Of a stretch of DNA of 64,000 nucleotides, positions 49,400-61,056 are shown in pieces. The notes below the pieces were generated by a model. It was not told the DNA's origin. It was given only the letters and a program-made list of their open reading frames with translations, and did not search any database. A program made the position numbers and the translations under genes. Every line of letters starts with the position of its first letter. Within the stretch, counting starts at the first letter, position 1. The DNA comes from Trichosphaerium sp. ATCC 40318 (taxonomy: Eukaryota; Protista; Tubulinea): NCBI GenBank assembly GCA_038496445.1, contig JALMLS010000379.1, forward strand, positions 64,214 to 128,213, written 5' to 3'.

Positions 49400-50479
49400 A
49401 TGGCACGTCAGACAACTAAGGCATCGCGTACATGGCGTGAAGTGAACGAAATAAGCGATAGTGAAGGATATACTTCCTTTACGGTTTTAAGCTTTAATAC
49501 GCTTGCGGATTGCTTTGCAAAGCATGATAAATGGGAAGTTAGAGCTCCATTGCTACTAAATACCATTCTAACAAACAATCCTGATATAATATGCCTACAA
49601 GAGGTAGATCACTTTGATTTCTTTCAAAAAGAGCTAAGTTAGTGCTTTTTAACGAGTTAAATCAGTTAATTAAACTCAAACATAGAATCACGAGGCTACG
49701 ACGCCACATTTGAGTGTAGATACACCAAAAAGGACGGTATAGCTATATTTTACAAAACACAACTGTACGTTATTGATAAGATTCACTGATTTTAGTTAAC
49801 ACTTTTTTCTCACTGTTACTTTATAATAACAGATCAGCTTAGGTTCTCTGTAATCTCCAGGCATGCTGCGAGACTTGATGGCGACTTTAAATTAGAAAAA
49901 AACACGTGGCCACAAGTAGTGCTTATGCTAAATCTGAAGTGCAAAGCTCCAGGTACCAATGTGAATGTTACACCTAACCTTACCTTGTTAGATGTACATG
50001 GCGAGCACCCAGAATTTTACATTGCAACAACGCACTTGAAGTCAGGGAAGAATTATGAGCACGTGCGCACGCAGCAAGCTTGTATTTTGTTGAAAAAACT
50101 TGGCGAGTTTGGGGTAACACCAAGTTCTACTTTGGTTCTAACTGGTGATTTTAATGCAACACCAAACTCACCGCTATATGGCTTATACACAAAGAATGCA
50201 TCGAATAAGTATACGCACAACTGGAAGCACCATTATTACCTAAACTCTGCCTATGCTTCTGGTGGTAGTAACGAACCTTTAACTGTTGATTACATTTGGT
50301 TTTCGGCTCATTTTGTACAAGTCAGAAGGTACTCAAGAGGTTTTTATTTATTGACTATATTCTCATTGATATATTTTATCAGGTTTTTGGATCGTCCTCG
50401 TAAAGGCTCTGTTAGAAATGTTAATACAAACCATCCTTCGGACCATTATGATTTGATGGCAGAAGTGTACTTGCTTTAA
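49400..50479 (+). CDS. CCR4/nocturnin-like EEP-family phosphoesterase
   Basis: SFNTLA, PDIICLQEVDH, DGIAIFY, THLKS, GDFNATP, VDYIW, PSDH. Confidence 0.9.
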
Positions 50480-50668
50480 CAAATGAAGTGATTATTTTGT
50501 AAATAAATGTAACTTCCCGTGGTCAGTGCTATCAATGCAATGACTTTGAGCTATCCGTGTACTCTCAGTTGTAAGTACAAAAAGTTGCGAAATGTGACTT
50601 AAAACTCTAAGGATAAGTCCGCATTCTTAGTGTTTGCGGCTGTTGACGCTTTACATTACACCTACACA

Positions 50669-51520
50669 ATGACAAATTATCTAGTTAGAATGAATATACG
50701 TAAAAAGCCTCCAGAGGGATGGCATTTGATTACGCCCGTTCTAGACGAGATTGATGCTAAAATGCAGGATGGTACCGGTCCTTTTGATTAATTTTTTATT
50801 TAAATCACTGCATTGCTTTTTCATAGCACCATATCGTATTTTTGCGCGTGGTTATTACGTATTAATGCTTTGTAGCCGTTGAAGAATCTCACGAAGGTAA
50901 AAGGAAGTGTGAGGCGCTCTGGTCTGTTCATAAATACCATTTCTGGCGTTCTCGCTTTATTTATGAGTCGTATTACAAACAAAAAGCAATTTCAAAGGAG
51001 TTGTATGATTTCTGCTTAAAAATCAAAATAGCTGATGCCTTACTCATTGCAAAATGGAAGAAGGTACTACCAACGTATTCCAAGCGTCAAACAAAATTTA
51101 CCTGCCAAAACGAACAAAAAAAACTCACTACAAGCTAGCCTGGTTATGAGAATATCTGTTCGCTTGTTGCTCTACAATCAAACGAATTTGGTGCTGTTTC
51201 TATCTGTCGTGTACCAAGAGCAGATTTACCACCTGGAAAGGTAGTGCAAGATATCAAAACAGGATGCACAGGCTGTGCTGCATCAGATGTACCGTATGGA
51301 TGGCGCCCAATCACCATAACGCGCAAGTAAGTAACACTCTCATACGAACAAAAGATCATCTCTGACTCGCGCCTTAAGACGTAGAAAGAAGCGTAGAGAA
51401 CGTGAAGACGATGACGAAGAGGACCGAGAAGCAAAGCGTAGAAAGGAAGATTCAGATGACGATGATGACGATTCAGCTGCCGAAGATAAAGAAGACAAAA
51501 ACGATTCGGACAGCGAATAG
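50669..51520 (+). CDS. BUD31: divergent G10/Bud31 splicing factor with charged C-terminal extension
   Basis: KKPPEGWHLI, HEGKRKCEALW, RSRFIYE, AISKELYDFC, LIAKWKKPGYE, ICRVP, GCTGC; 4 exons. Confidence 0.9.
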
Positions 51521-51713
51521 GAATAAAGTCACTGGACTATCATTTTCAAACCAAGCACCTAATAGCCAACTCGCTACCTTAACATATGAACGCATTGTAA
51601 CAACTTGAGAAAAAATAAATGCTAAAGAACTACAGCAAGCTGCTTTGGTTCCTTTTTGTGGAAAGTTAAAACAAATGTGCTACAAGAAATCGTATTATAA
51701 GTTACTTTATATT

Positions 51714-54700
51714 TTACAAGTCAGAAACTTCTGGTTCTTGTTGTGCCGTAGGATTTGAATTAGCCCTGCCTATTCCCTTAAAAAAGTCTGCCGCAGCACG
51801 TGGGGAGAGCTCAAATCTATCGAACAAAGGAACTCTTGGTGATCTCCTTTCTGCAATAATATCCCTTGCTTTGTTGAATACCTCTTCAATAAGGTATTGA
51901 TAAGTTTTAGAAAACTGTTTACCAAATAAATTACTCCTATATACAGCTAGTTCTGCATTTAAGACTAATAAAGAGGTCAGTAAAAGAAGGAAAGGAGGAA
52001 AAAAAAGCAACAAATGCAAACACATACTTAAGCGATGAAGGAATGACTTAAAGTAACCATCAAGCTCAAATAATGGAGGATAAGGAACAGCTGGTCCGAA
52101 AGATGGTACATTTGAGTTATGACAAACACTAACTTGATAAAGAGGAGTCCTAACAAAGAACTATATTAGAAATAATTCGATTTTCAAGTAAGAAAAAAAA
52201 AAGAAAATAAAACAGAAAACACTTACTCTTCCTCGTCTCCCATTATGCATTTGACAATAATATACACCTGTAAAAAGTTTGATTTTATGGTAAGAGGGTG
52301 GAATGGAGCACTCCCAGCCTCTTGAAATATAATACACACAATATCATTACCAATGAACCTTTTTCTAGCCCACTATAGTTCAAGTAAATAAAACGAATGC
52401 AAACTCAGAATTTAGGTAATCCAACAAAAAGTACCTGCTGTCTATTGTTTTCGTCATACTTTAGAAGTGTTGAAACGTGAAACATAATCTCATTTTCTTC
52501 GAATACAGTATAAACAGATGCATCACCAGTAGAACCATCTAGAGAGTTGTTTTAAAAATTTTACAAGTAATGATAAAAATCAATGGTATCCTTACTGCTC
52601 GCATCTAATCCGCCATTAAAACCATTAAACCCGACCAAGTCTACTCTATCTCCAACTAGTTTAAGAAAAGCTTCATAATACTCGCTTCCAGATACTATTG
52701 TACATGTTAAATTGTATCAACAACAAGATGAATAAAAAACATACTATTACTGAACATGTCAGTCTCATCCGTTTGACCTTCCTTACAAAGCAAGATACCA
52801 AATTTGAACTTATTGCTCACCTATCATTTGTTTTAAGTACTCTGTAAAGGATTGTAGCCTACGTACTCGTAAATCTTTGCTTTCCATGTGAGAAATCAAT
52901 TTTTTTAGCTCATTATCTTCCCAAACAACGTTTTCTTGTCCCTTTAACTTTGGTAGAACATCTTCAGCGATTAAACTCGCTGCTTCACTCCAATCACCAT
53001 ATATTGATGTATCGTCGCCAGAGAGATCAGTGAGATGCCTGTGGATACCCTAACAGATTATAAGCCATTAACCCCTTTTTTTGTTTGATTCTATTAACGT
53101 GCGTTTTTATCTAGCACAAGCACACGATAGTGTGCTGTACCAGCAATCATTTCTTGTTTAACAACTACTATTGTTTGTAGTTTACCGTATACTAACACTA
53201 TGTGTTGCAAATCTACAAAAGAAATGACCTTTTAGACTACAAGCACTTCAAAGTTGTTCATACTAACCTTTGTAATATTGGTCATACCAGTATGTATTTA
53301 CAGAAAAATAGTTTGGCCAAGACTCAATAGAGTCATCGGTAGTGCCGCTCTAGTAATTAATTAAACACCGATAGTGTAATTGGGTAAACGTACATGTACA
53401 TTCCACCCAGCACAAGGCGAGATAAGTGTGAATGATTCACATATAATATCTAATTCAACAACTAAGTCTATGAAAATCGTTAGACAAGAATAGCATTTGG
53501 CATATTGCAATCACTACCTTTCAAACGCTTAAACTCAATTTCAGCGATTTTCAAATCTAGTAAGTCACTTTTCAGTCTCCTAGGTCAGTGTTAGATAACT
53601 TATTTTGTGGATACGAAAACAAGATAAGTTGTACCTCAATTTAGAGCATACTGTGCTTAAAGACCGCTTCATATGCGATAAGTAAGTCTCCACGTCTGCT
53701 GGTAATTTATGAACAGACCCTTCTGTGGTACTGGTATGAGCATTAAAGCCCATCTCAATTTTTTCTCGAAACCATGTCAGTAATTGCAAAAAAGATAAAG
53801 TGTCAAATGTTGTTTCTTGCTGGATTTTGGCTTTTTTTCATATACGTACCATCTCGTAATAATTTACACGTGTTATCCACGATCCGATAATGTCGCTTTA
53901 ATCTATCCAAATAGGATAATGCAGTTATAGAAGCTGCAGATGTTTTAATAGCCATCAAAGCATTGATACTACAAAAGAAGAGTTAGTACAAGTAGAAATT
54001 TAGTGAACAAAAAAACCCACCATCGTCCTATAACTTTTAATTCCCGCTTTAATTCCTCTGCACGTGCTTCTTCGCGTTCTTTGGTTTCTTGTACCTGTAC
54101 TTCATCGCGTATTATCTTTACAGCTGACTCGGAAAAGCTAAAATTAACATTAAATCAAAAAAATTGAATCCAATAAAAACAAAAATAACTTACTTCCAAA
54201 AAAACTGATACTCTGAAAAAGGGCTCAAGTGAAGTACTGGTACAATAATACCGCGTTTTTGGAAAGTAGTGCCAAGATCTAACGACTTCTGAGTTGGCAT
54301 GTTCAATTTCAATTGTAAGTGGATTACAAAGTCCATTGCTATTGTCAAGGAGGTTAGTTTTGAGGTAAACAGCGAGAATTGATAAAAATAACAAAAGATG
54401 TAAAGAGCAACCAGTAAAACCGTACAAGACCAGCAATTCATGTATATACGTTGACCATCGCGTATTTCTAGCATTCTAAAGCAATTCAGCCAATGTTCGC
54501 AAAACATGGTAGAAGAGACGCTAAATTGAACCGCTCAAACGCACCTCACGTTACGATATATTCTAACAAGAACGTCTAATTCTTCTCTATTGACGATTAT
54601 GAAATTTTTGCTCAGACCAATAATGCTCTGCGCTGGTTCTCTCCGTGTAGAAGCGCTGGTCCTAGTTTAATAAGGCTAAATAATACAACAAATGAACGCA

Positions 54701-54820
54701 CTTTATAAACGAATTATTTAGCCTCCCATTAGAGGCGGAGCGAATGAGCGTATCTATATGTAGTTTAGAGTTAAATCGGCTTGTTTGCAACCAACCGCTT
54801 TCTTCTATTTTATCTTCCAT
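51714..54820 (-). CDS. Rap/Ral GTPase-activating protein with hydrophobic/helical N-terminal region
   Basis: [47 protein letters not shown] (Asn thumb), NAELA. Confidence 0.88.
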
Positions 54821-55349
54821 TACAGGTAATAAACCCTTTGGCTCCGTTTAAAGATGGGCAACTAGATAGAACGTAGCAATAAACTCCTAATGCAATTCTG
54901 AAATTGTGAAATCAACAAACTTAAAAGGCAATAGCTTAAAACACTCTTTACATGTCTAAACGCCGTGTGTAACAATGTAATAAACGATTAGTGTCATTTT
55001 ATTCTTGGTAGGAAGGCTACTTGCCATTAATGGATAACAATTGTTGCAAAAGCTGTAAATACGTTGTATAATGTCAAAGACATTGCAATATTCATTCTGT
55101 ATACAGCACCTTTCGATGTCTTATGGAATTGACCCGGAATAAAGTTACATGTTTTCAAGAAGGAGCTTTGAAAATGTGTCAATAAGTAGAACTGAAAACT
55201 GCTGTTCCAGCTTATCTGGTGTTCTAAGATACAATACGTACTCGTCTAATAACTAAGATAAGCAGATCCAGCAATGGGTAGTTGAAGAATGTCGCCGGTC
55301 AAACTTGTTAATGCCTTCTTATCTAGTGAACCTCTGTATTGGCATCGCA

Positions 55350-57917
55350 ATGCGTTTGATATTGTTTTTCGCACTGCTTGTCTCAATGTCATACGCGTTG
55401 ACTCTTCCAAAGCATCCACGGTTACTTATTAACGATGAACAAATAGAATCTACCAAAGAAGCTCTAAAAACCGACAAAGCACGTGATTTCGTAAAGAACA
55501 ACCAACAGCGCTAATATTAAATTTTAAAGGTAGCGAAAGGTTGGTACGATAAGCTCGTTATACAGGCTGAAGGATACTTAACCTCAAACTACACGTATGC
55601 TCTAGTGAAACTCAACTTTTCTTTGTTCTTTTTTAACCGTTTTCGCAGTTTTAAGTACCCAAGTGTTATTGGATCTAGCGGCATCCTGTTCGTGTCAAGA
55701 GACCTAAAAACGCGTGTCACAACACTAGCTGGTTTATATAGACTTACGGGGGAAACGAAGTACGCCAACCTAGCTACAGAGTACCTGCTACAAGTTTGCA
55801 AAGTACGACAAGCAATTGCGGTGGATTTTTCTTAACGGCTTTTTGTCAGTTTCCTATGTGGTACCCCATACATTTTTTGGATGTTGCTGAAATGACTGCT
55901 GGCGTATCCATTGGATATGATTGGCTTTATGATACGTTAACAGAGGACAACAAACGCGCAATAGAGGTGAACGGTTGTTCTTCCAAGTTTTTTTTAATAA
56001 AATATTAAGAAAGGACTATTTGAGCATGGGTTAAGCGCTGGAGTATCTTGCTACAGCGGAAACTTTACAAAGGGATGGTCGTGTTGGTGGAAAAGCGCTT
56101 CGATGAATTGGAACCAAGTATGTAATGGAGGCAAGTCATAAAAGCAAAAATTGTAGCTTGCAAAAACTTGAAGTGATTTTGTGCACCAAGTCGAACAGCC
56201 TAACAATTTTGTTTAACAAGGTATGCTTATGGGCGCTATTGCAATGTGGGACGTTCAAAATACGGCAAGTTCATTTATTTTGAATCAAACTGTTCAATCT
56301 ATTCCATTGGCTCTGGACGTTTATAATCCTGATGGTGAGACTAAAAAGAAAGCTATCATGGATTACCAACAACAAGTTAGGTGGTTGGTTTGAAGGGCCA
56401 ATGTATTGGGCTTACGCTACAGAATACACTACATTTTATCTTGCGTCTCTAATAACAGCATTTGGTAAGCACGTACTGCATGTCAAGTTTTAATTTTCTG
56501 CTTAAGGAAATGACTTTGGGCTTTTGGAAAAAGTACCAGGTATGCTCACCTGCTCTATGTCCGTGAGAAGTAAAATATTTGTTGTAGGTATGGCTATAAC
56601 AGGGAATTTTAGGATAGCAAGTATTGGACCAGCTCTTCTGCGAGGTAAGCATAAACACTCAGAACAATGGAAAGCTGAATTTTGCTTAGACAACTATGCT
56701 GATTGCGATACAAGTTCAGGTGGTGTTTGGTCGATGTTATGGCTAGGTCATTACTACAAGAAGCAAATATATGTGAGCTATGAGAGATGGCTTGAAGAAG
56801 ATAGGAATCCAGACATTCTTCATGTTCTATTCACTAGGGCTTCCGACGCATCTCATAAAGTAAGAATTATTCTTACTGTTTTCCATTCTCATTTTTTTCT
56901 CTCAGATAGACTGGAACGAATTACCTCTTGAGAGTCATTTTAAAGCAGTTGATGTGGTGGATATGCGCACTGGATGGTAAAGAAAAAAAATCTCGCTGAA
57001 AATCGTAAAAAAGGTATTGATGTTCTACTAGGACGAGTGATGCCATGTACTTGGCAATTAAGGGTGGTGACACGACCAAGACACATCAGCATATGGATTT
57101 GGGCAATTTTGTTATAACAAAAAAAGGGCAAAGGTAGTTGTTCATGGTTTTTTTGAACGAGGAAGAAAAAAACCTCTAAAAACTAAACCTAATTTTAGAT
57201 TCATTCAAGATTTGGGTAGTGGAAATTACTCCTTGCCAGAGTATTTTGGAGCCAAGCGCTTCAGTTATTACAGGTAATTAGATACTATATCTTATTGCAA
57301 CTAATTAGCCCTGGCGATTGTTCACTCTACTTTCAATATAACTTTATTTGTGCAGATGTAATGCGTCAGGTCATAATGTGCCTTCATTCAACGGACAGTG
57401 GACGAATCCTAAAATAACTCAAGCGAAAATAACAGAATACAAACCATCTAATACTAGTGTTACAGCTACGACTGATTTATCAAATGCATACGAAGAATAT
57501 GTATCATCTTACACCCGAACATGTACCAAAAAAAAAAACCCATAATACCTTTTTCTTAATATTACCCCGTAGTCACCTTGGATAAACAATCTCACATAGT
57601 AAACGTTCAAGATGTTTTCATTAAAAACCCACAAACAAAAACCATCAGATGGAGGTTTCATACAACTGCTGATGTGAAGATTGAGTATGTTTTAAATCAT
57701 AACATTAACCTTATTGTTGTCTAGCGGTAATGTTGCCACTCTCGCACTGGGAGGTGAAACAATGGCAGTAACAGTTCATAGACCAAGTGATGTGGCGTTG
57801 GCTATGTTCGAATACAATCCACCACCTCCTCAACTTACTGAATTACACCATAAAGTAGTATATTTTGATCTTACATTAGATGAAGGTACAACTACTATAA
57901 ATGTAGAATTTAAATAA
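55350..57917 (+). CDS. secreted heparinase II/III-like polysaccharide lyase
   Basis: Signal peptide, HPRLL, HFLDVAEM, GYDWLY, NWNQVCNGGM, EGPMYWAY, NYAD, HQHMDLGNF, DLGSGNY, GHNV; about 16 exons. Confidence 0.88.
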
Positions 57918-58327
57918 ACAACTTGATGTCCCTACAACCACAGTCAATAATTGCATTCTTTCTTTGTTTTCCTCTTATTTGAATTGTAACATTTAGACGA
58001 ATACAGAGTCGAAGTGCGAAAAGAATAGCTAGATATTTTGTGCGAGATAACATGTTCCACCAACTGTCGGTGTTGTTCAGGTTAATGTGGTGTCCTAATT
58101 TTACAGCCTTTCACTGAAATTTTGCTTTCCTCCTGAACGTTTTCCTCGTGCAACTCCTGAAACGTTTTTGGTTTCTCAAATTCTATATTGTTAGTTAATG
58201 ATATTTGCGCAATGTTCATGAGAAGAAAAAACAAAGCATGACTTTGCAATATCCCGAAAATTCGATCCATAAATCAAAACAACAACTTTCATACCATAAA
58301 CACAACACCTTGAAACATATACCAACT

Positions 58328-58896
58328 ATGCAACTCTCAAAAACCTTAACAACACTTGCTATATTCATTACAGTATGTGCATGTGTCAACGTCGTAATTT
58401 TCAAACCAGAAGAAGGCAGAGCAAGATACGGATACACTGATGGACGATTATCTGACGAACAACTCAATGAATACCCTGATGTTGTTCTCGCTGTGATCTT
58501 TATTTGCCTGAGCTCGGAGAAACTTATGAAACACTTGAACAAGCCCAAGAACACTCTTCTCCGCTTCCAGGCCCACTTGATTATCGTATTCAAGCACATA
58601 TTGGCGGATGTAGAAATGTTCAATGCAACATTCCTGATGGAAAAGGAGGTAATATTTCTAGAAGAGTATTCTGCTGCTCAACAAATGTCAATAATTGCTG
58701 CCCTGATGCAGCCGCTGTTCTTGTTGATAAGATGGTCAGAGGAGAGTAAAAAAAACATGTAACTACACAGTAAACACACTGAAAAGTATTAATACGAACC
58801 ACTTCATTGAATGATACTTTCTACCTTCTATTTTTACTAAACAATGTTTACAGGTGTGGTATTCATGTTGATGACTATTGCTCCTTTGTTAAGTAA
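58328..58896 (+). CDS. small secreted Cys-rich protein, 5' structure ambiguous (frameshift or intron)
   Basis: Signal-like MQLSKTLTTLAIFITVC; Cys-rich frame GGCRNVQC...FCCSTNVNNCCPD spliced to ECGIHVDDYCSFVK*. The two parts are out of frame near 58490. Confidence 0.5.
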
Positions 58897-59215
58897 TAGC
58901 ATACACACCATTTTCCTACCAGCAACGAATATACAAGGGTGAATAAATCAATTCAGAACCTGATGGTGCTAGAACGTAGACGGATTTCAGTCCTTGTTGT
59001 AAGTGCTGCAAGAACTACACTGCTTAACTCAGATCTGGAAGTGCTTTGTCGGATTTCATTTTCTTTGAGAGGGTACTAGAGTATTCTCATTTCGCCATGA
59101 TTTTAAACAAGCCTACAATGAACTGCTGTAGACGGAGTGTTGGCAATAAAACAAAGGCACATAACAATCCAGATTATTTGTTTATTTTTCTGAACTACAA
59201 AGTAGCGTTTATGTA

Positions 59216-60636
59216 TTATTGCATCGATAACTTGAGCGCCAACTACACATGAGTAAACAACAAAGGTTTTCAAAAAAAAAAAAAAATCAAGCAAACAAGT
59301 ACTTTTAATTCTGCATCTTCGTCATCATCTGTTACATCTATTAACATGTCTCCCTTTTTAGTCTCTTTTACACCCGTATCAGCATCTTTAGCATTAGTTG
59401 CTTCTTCTGGAGTACTTTTGGTTCCTTCTGGCTCTTGTTTATCCTTTACACTTGCTGTTTGTTCGCTTGGGAACTGCTCATGGAATTCTCTTTCAAATAT
59501 TTGTACAGTCGTTTCATCAAAGTTTGTAAGCCTTACAAGCTTAATCTTTGTTTGGGGATTATTCTTTGCATATTCTTTAATAGTATTAAACATGATTTGA
59601 GCGCATAGCTCTTTCTAAAAAAACAGTGTTACTCGAAGAAGTATAGTTTCATTTTTTTTCATTAAATTTACATGAAAAAAACGTACTGGGAATCTAAAAA
59701 TGCCTGTGGATAACGCTGGTATGGCAACGGATGCGTATCCAAGCTCGTCAGTGAGAACAAGTATATTTCTTATAGCCAGTTGCTGGCAGTATTGTTAGTC
59801 AATGAAAAGCTATTTAGACCACAAATAAATGAAGTTTTTTTGAATGACGACTAGCTATCTACGCGAGACCACTCCACTTCACGTATTTTCTTTCATTTAC
59901 GCGTACGAGTAGATAGATATTTTTCGGCAAGAAAGCCTTCAATGAAAACAAACAGAACGTTAAACAGCTTTGTTTAAAAAACTTACCAAAATGATTGTTT
60001 CGCCAAACTTTCCATCTCTCCATACAGGGCCTACGGCATGTATGACACGCTTACATGGCAGTGTGCCTGCCGTTGTATGCATTACAGAGCCTTCATCTAG
60101 TTGACCGTTCTTGTGAAAGTAGGCGTCACTCTCGTGTTGTATTATTCGGCCTCTATTTGTTTTTAGGATCGGTGTGACGTCTCCAATTCTTTTACGTACC
60201 CTTCTCGAACGATAGCACCTGCCAAGCCGGCTAAACGTCCGTTATTAATACAAATTGTGTATGGATTCTTTAAATCGTGTTTAGCTTGTCTTGGTACGTA
60301 CAACAATGATCCAAGCGTTGGTTTGCCGCGTTTACTATTACATCTGCGTCTTCCTTCGTTAAATCACCGAGGCGCACTTGTATTGTCATTCCTACGTTCA
60401 GAGTGTCAATAGAGCGAAGTTCAAAGAATTTCACTTTACCGTGAACTGTTGCTTCTTTTCTTGCAACAGATCTCTTTCCTTCTCCTCTTTCAACCACTCG
60501 CGGAGGTGGCGCTACATTTTATTACTCGCCAAGAACTTTAGGTTAGAGGGCCAATAACGCCACACGTACGCCCTGATGCTGATAAACTTGCTGCAATAGC
60601 CATCGCCAGCATTTCGTCTTCGCTCATGTGTGCCAT
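59216..60636 (-). CDS. MacroD-type macrodomain protein flanked by two ubiquitin-interacting motifs
   Basis: SEDEMLAMAIAASL (UIM), GDLTKEDADVIVNAAN, HAVGP, PALSTGIFRFP, DDEDAELKLALKLSMQ* (UIM); 7 exons. Confidence 0.9.
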
Positions 60637-61056
60637 GCTACGTATTTCGGTTTTGATTTAAGTCATTGGACAATAATAGAATGTCACGCACACGACCTTT
60701 GTCGCCAATGTTGTTGTAAAACCTAAATGATTACATTGTCTTTGTATTGATTACAATTGCGAGCATTTGTGGCAATAAAAAAACGGCTTACCTTTTTCAC
60801 ATTTCTACGTCTAAATTACGCCATTACGTACCTACTTGAACAGTTGAGCGTAATAGCCAACCAGGGAATTCAAGGCTTAAGTTTTTATTTTAAGGTATAG
60901 GTCCGCACAAAGAGCTCAGTTAACGCTAGTGGTGTTGATGCGCCTTGCCTACTCAGCCAAATTTACATCATTTACAAACAGAAGGACCTGAAAACCCTTC
61001 CAACAAACACTCCTGCTTAGTATATTGCGAATTTCGCCTGTATTTCATTCAATAGC

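Noticed and set aside
58430-58495. Several in-frame TGA codons upstream of the Cys-rich frame (selenoprotein or recoding idea)
   Set aside because: They are the shifted reading of GAT/GAA/GAC codons in the signal-peptide frame; TGA is a normal stop in SCOT and WIPI3.
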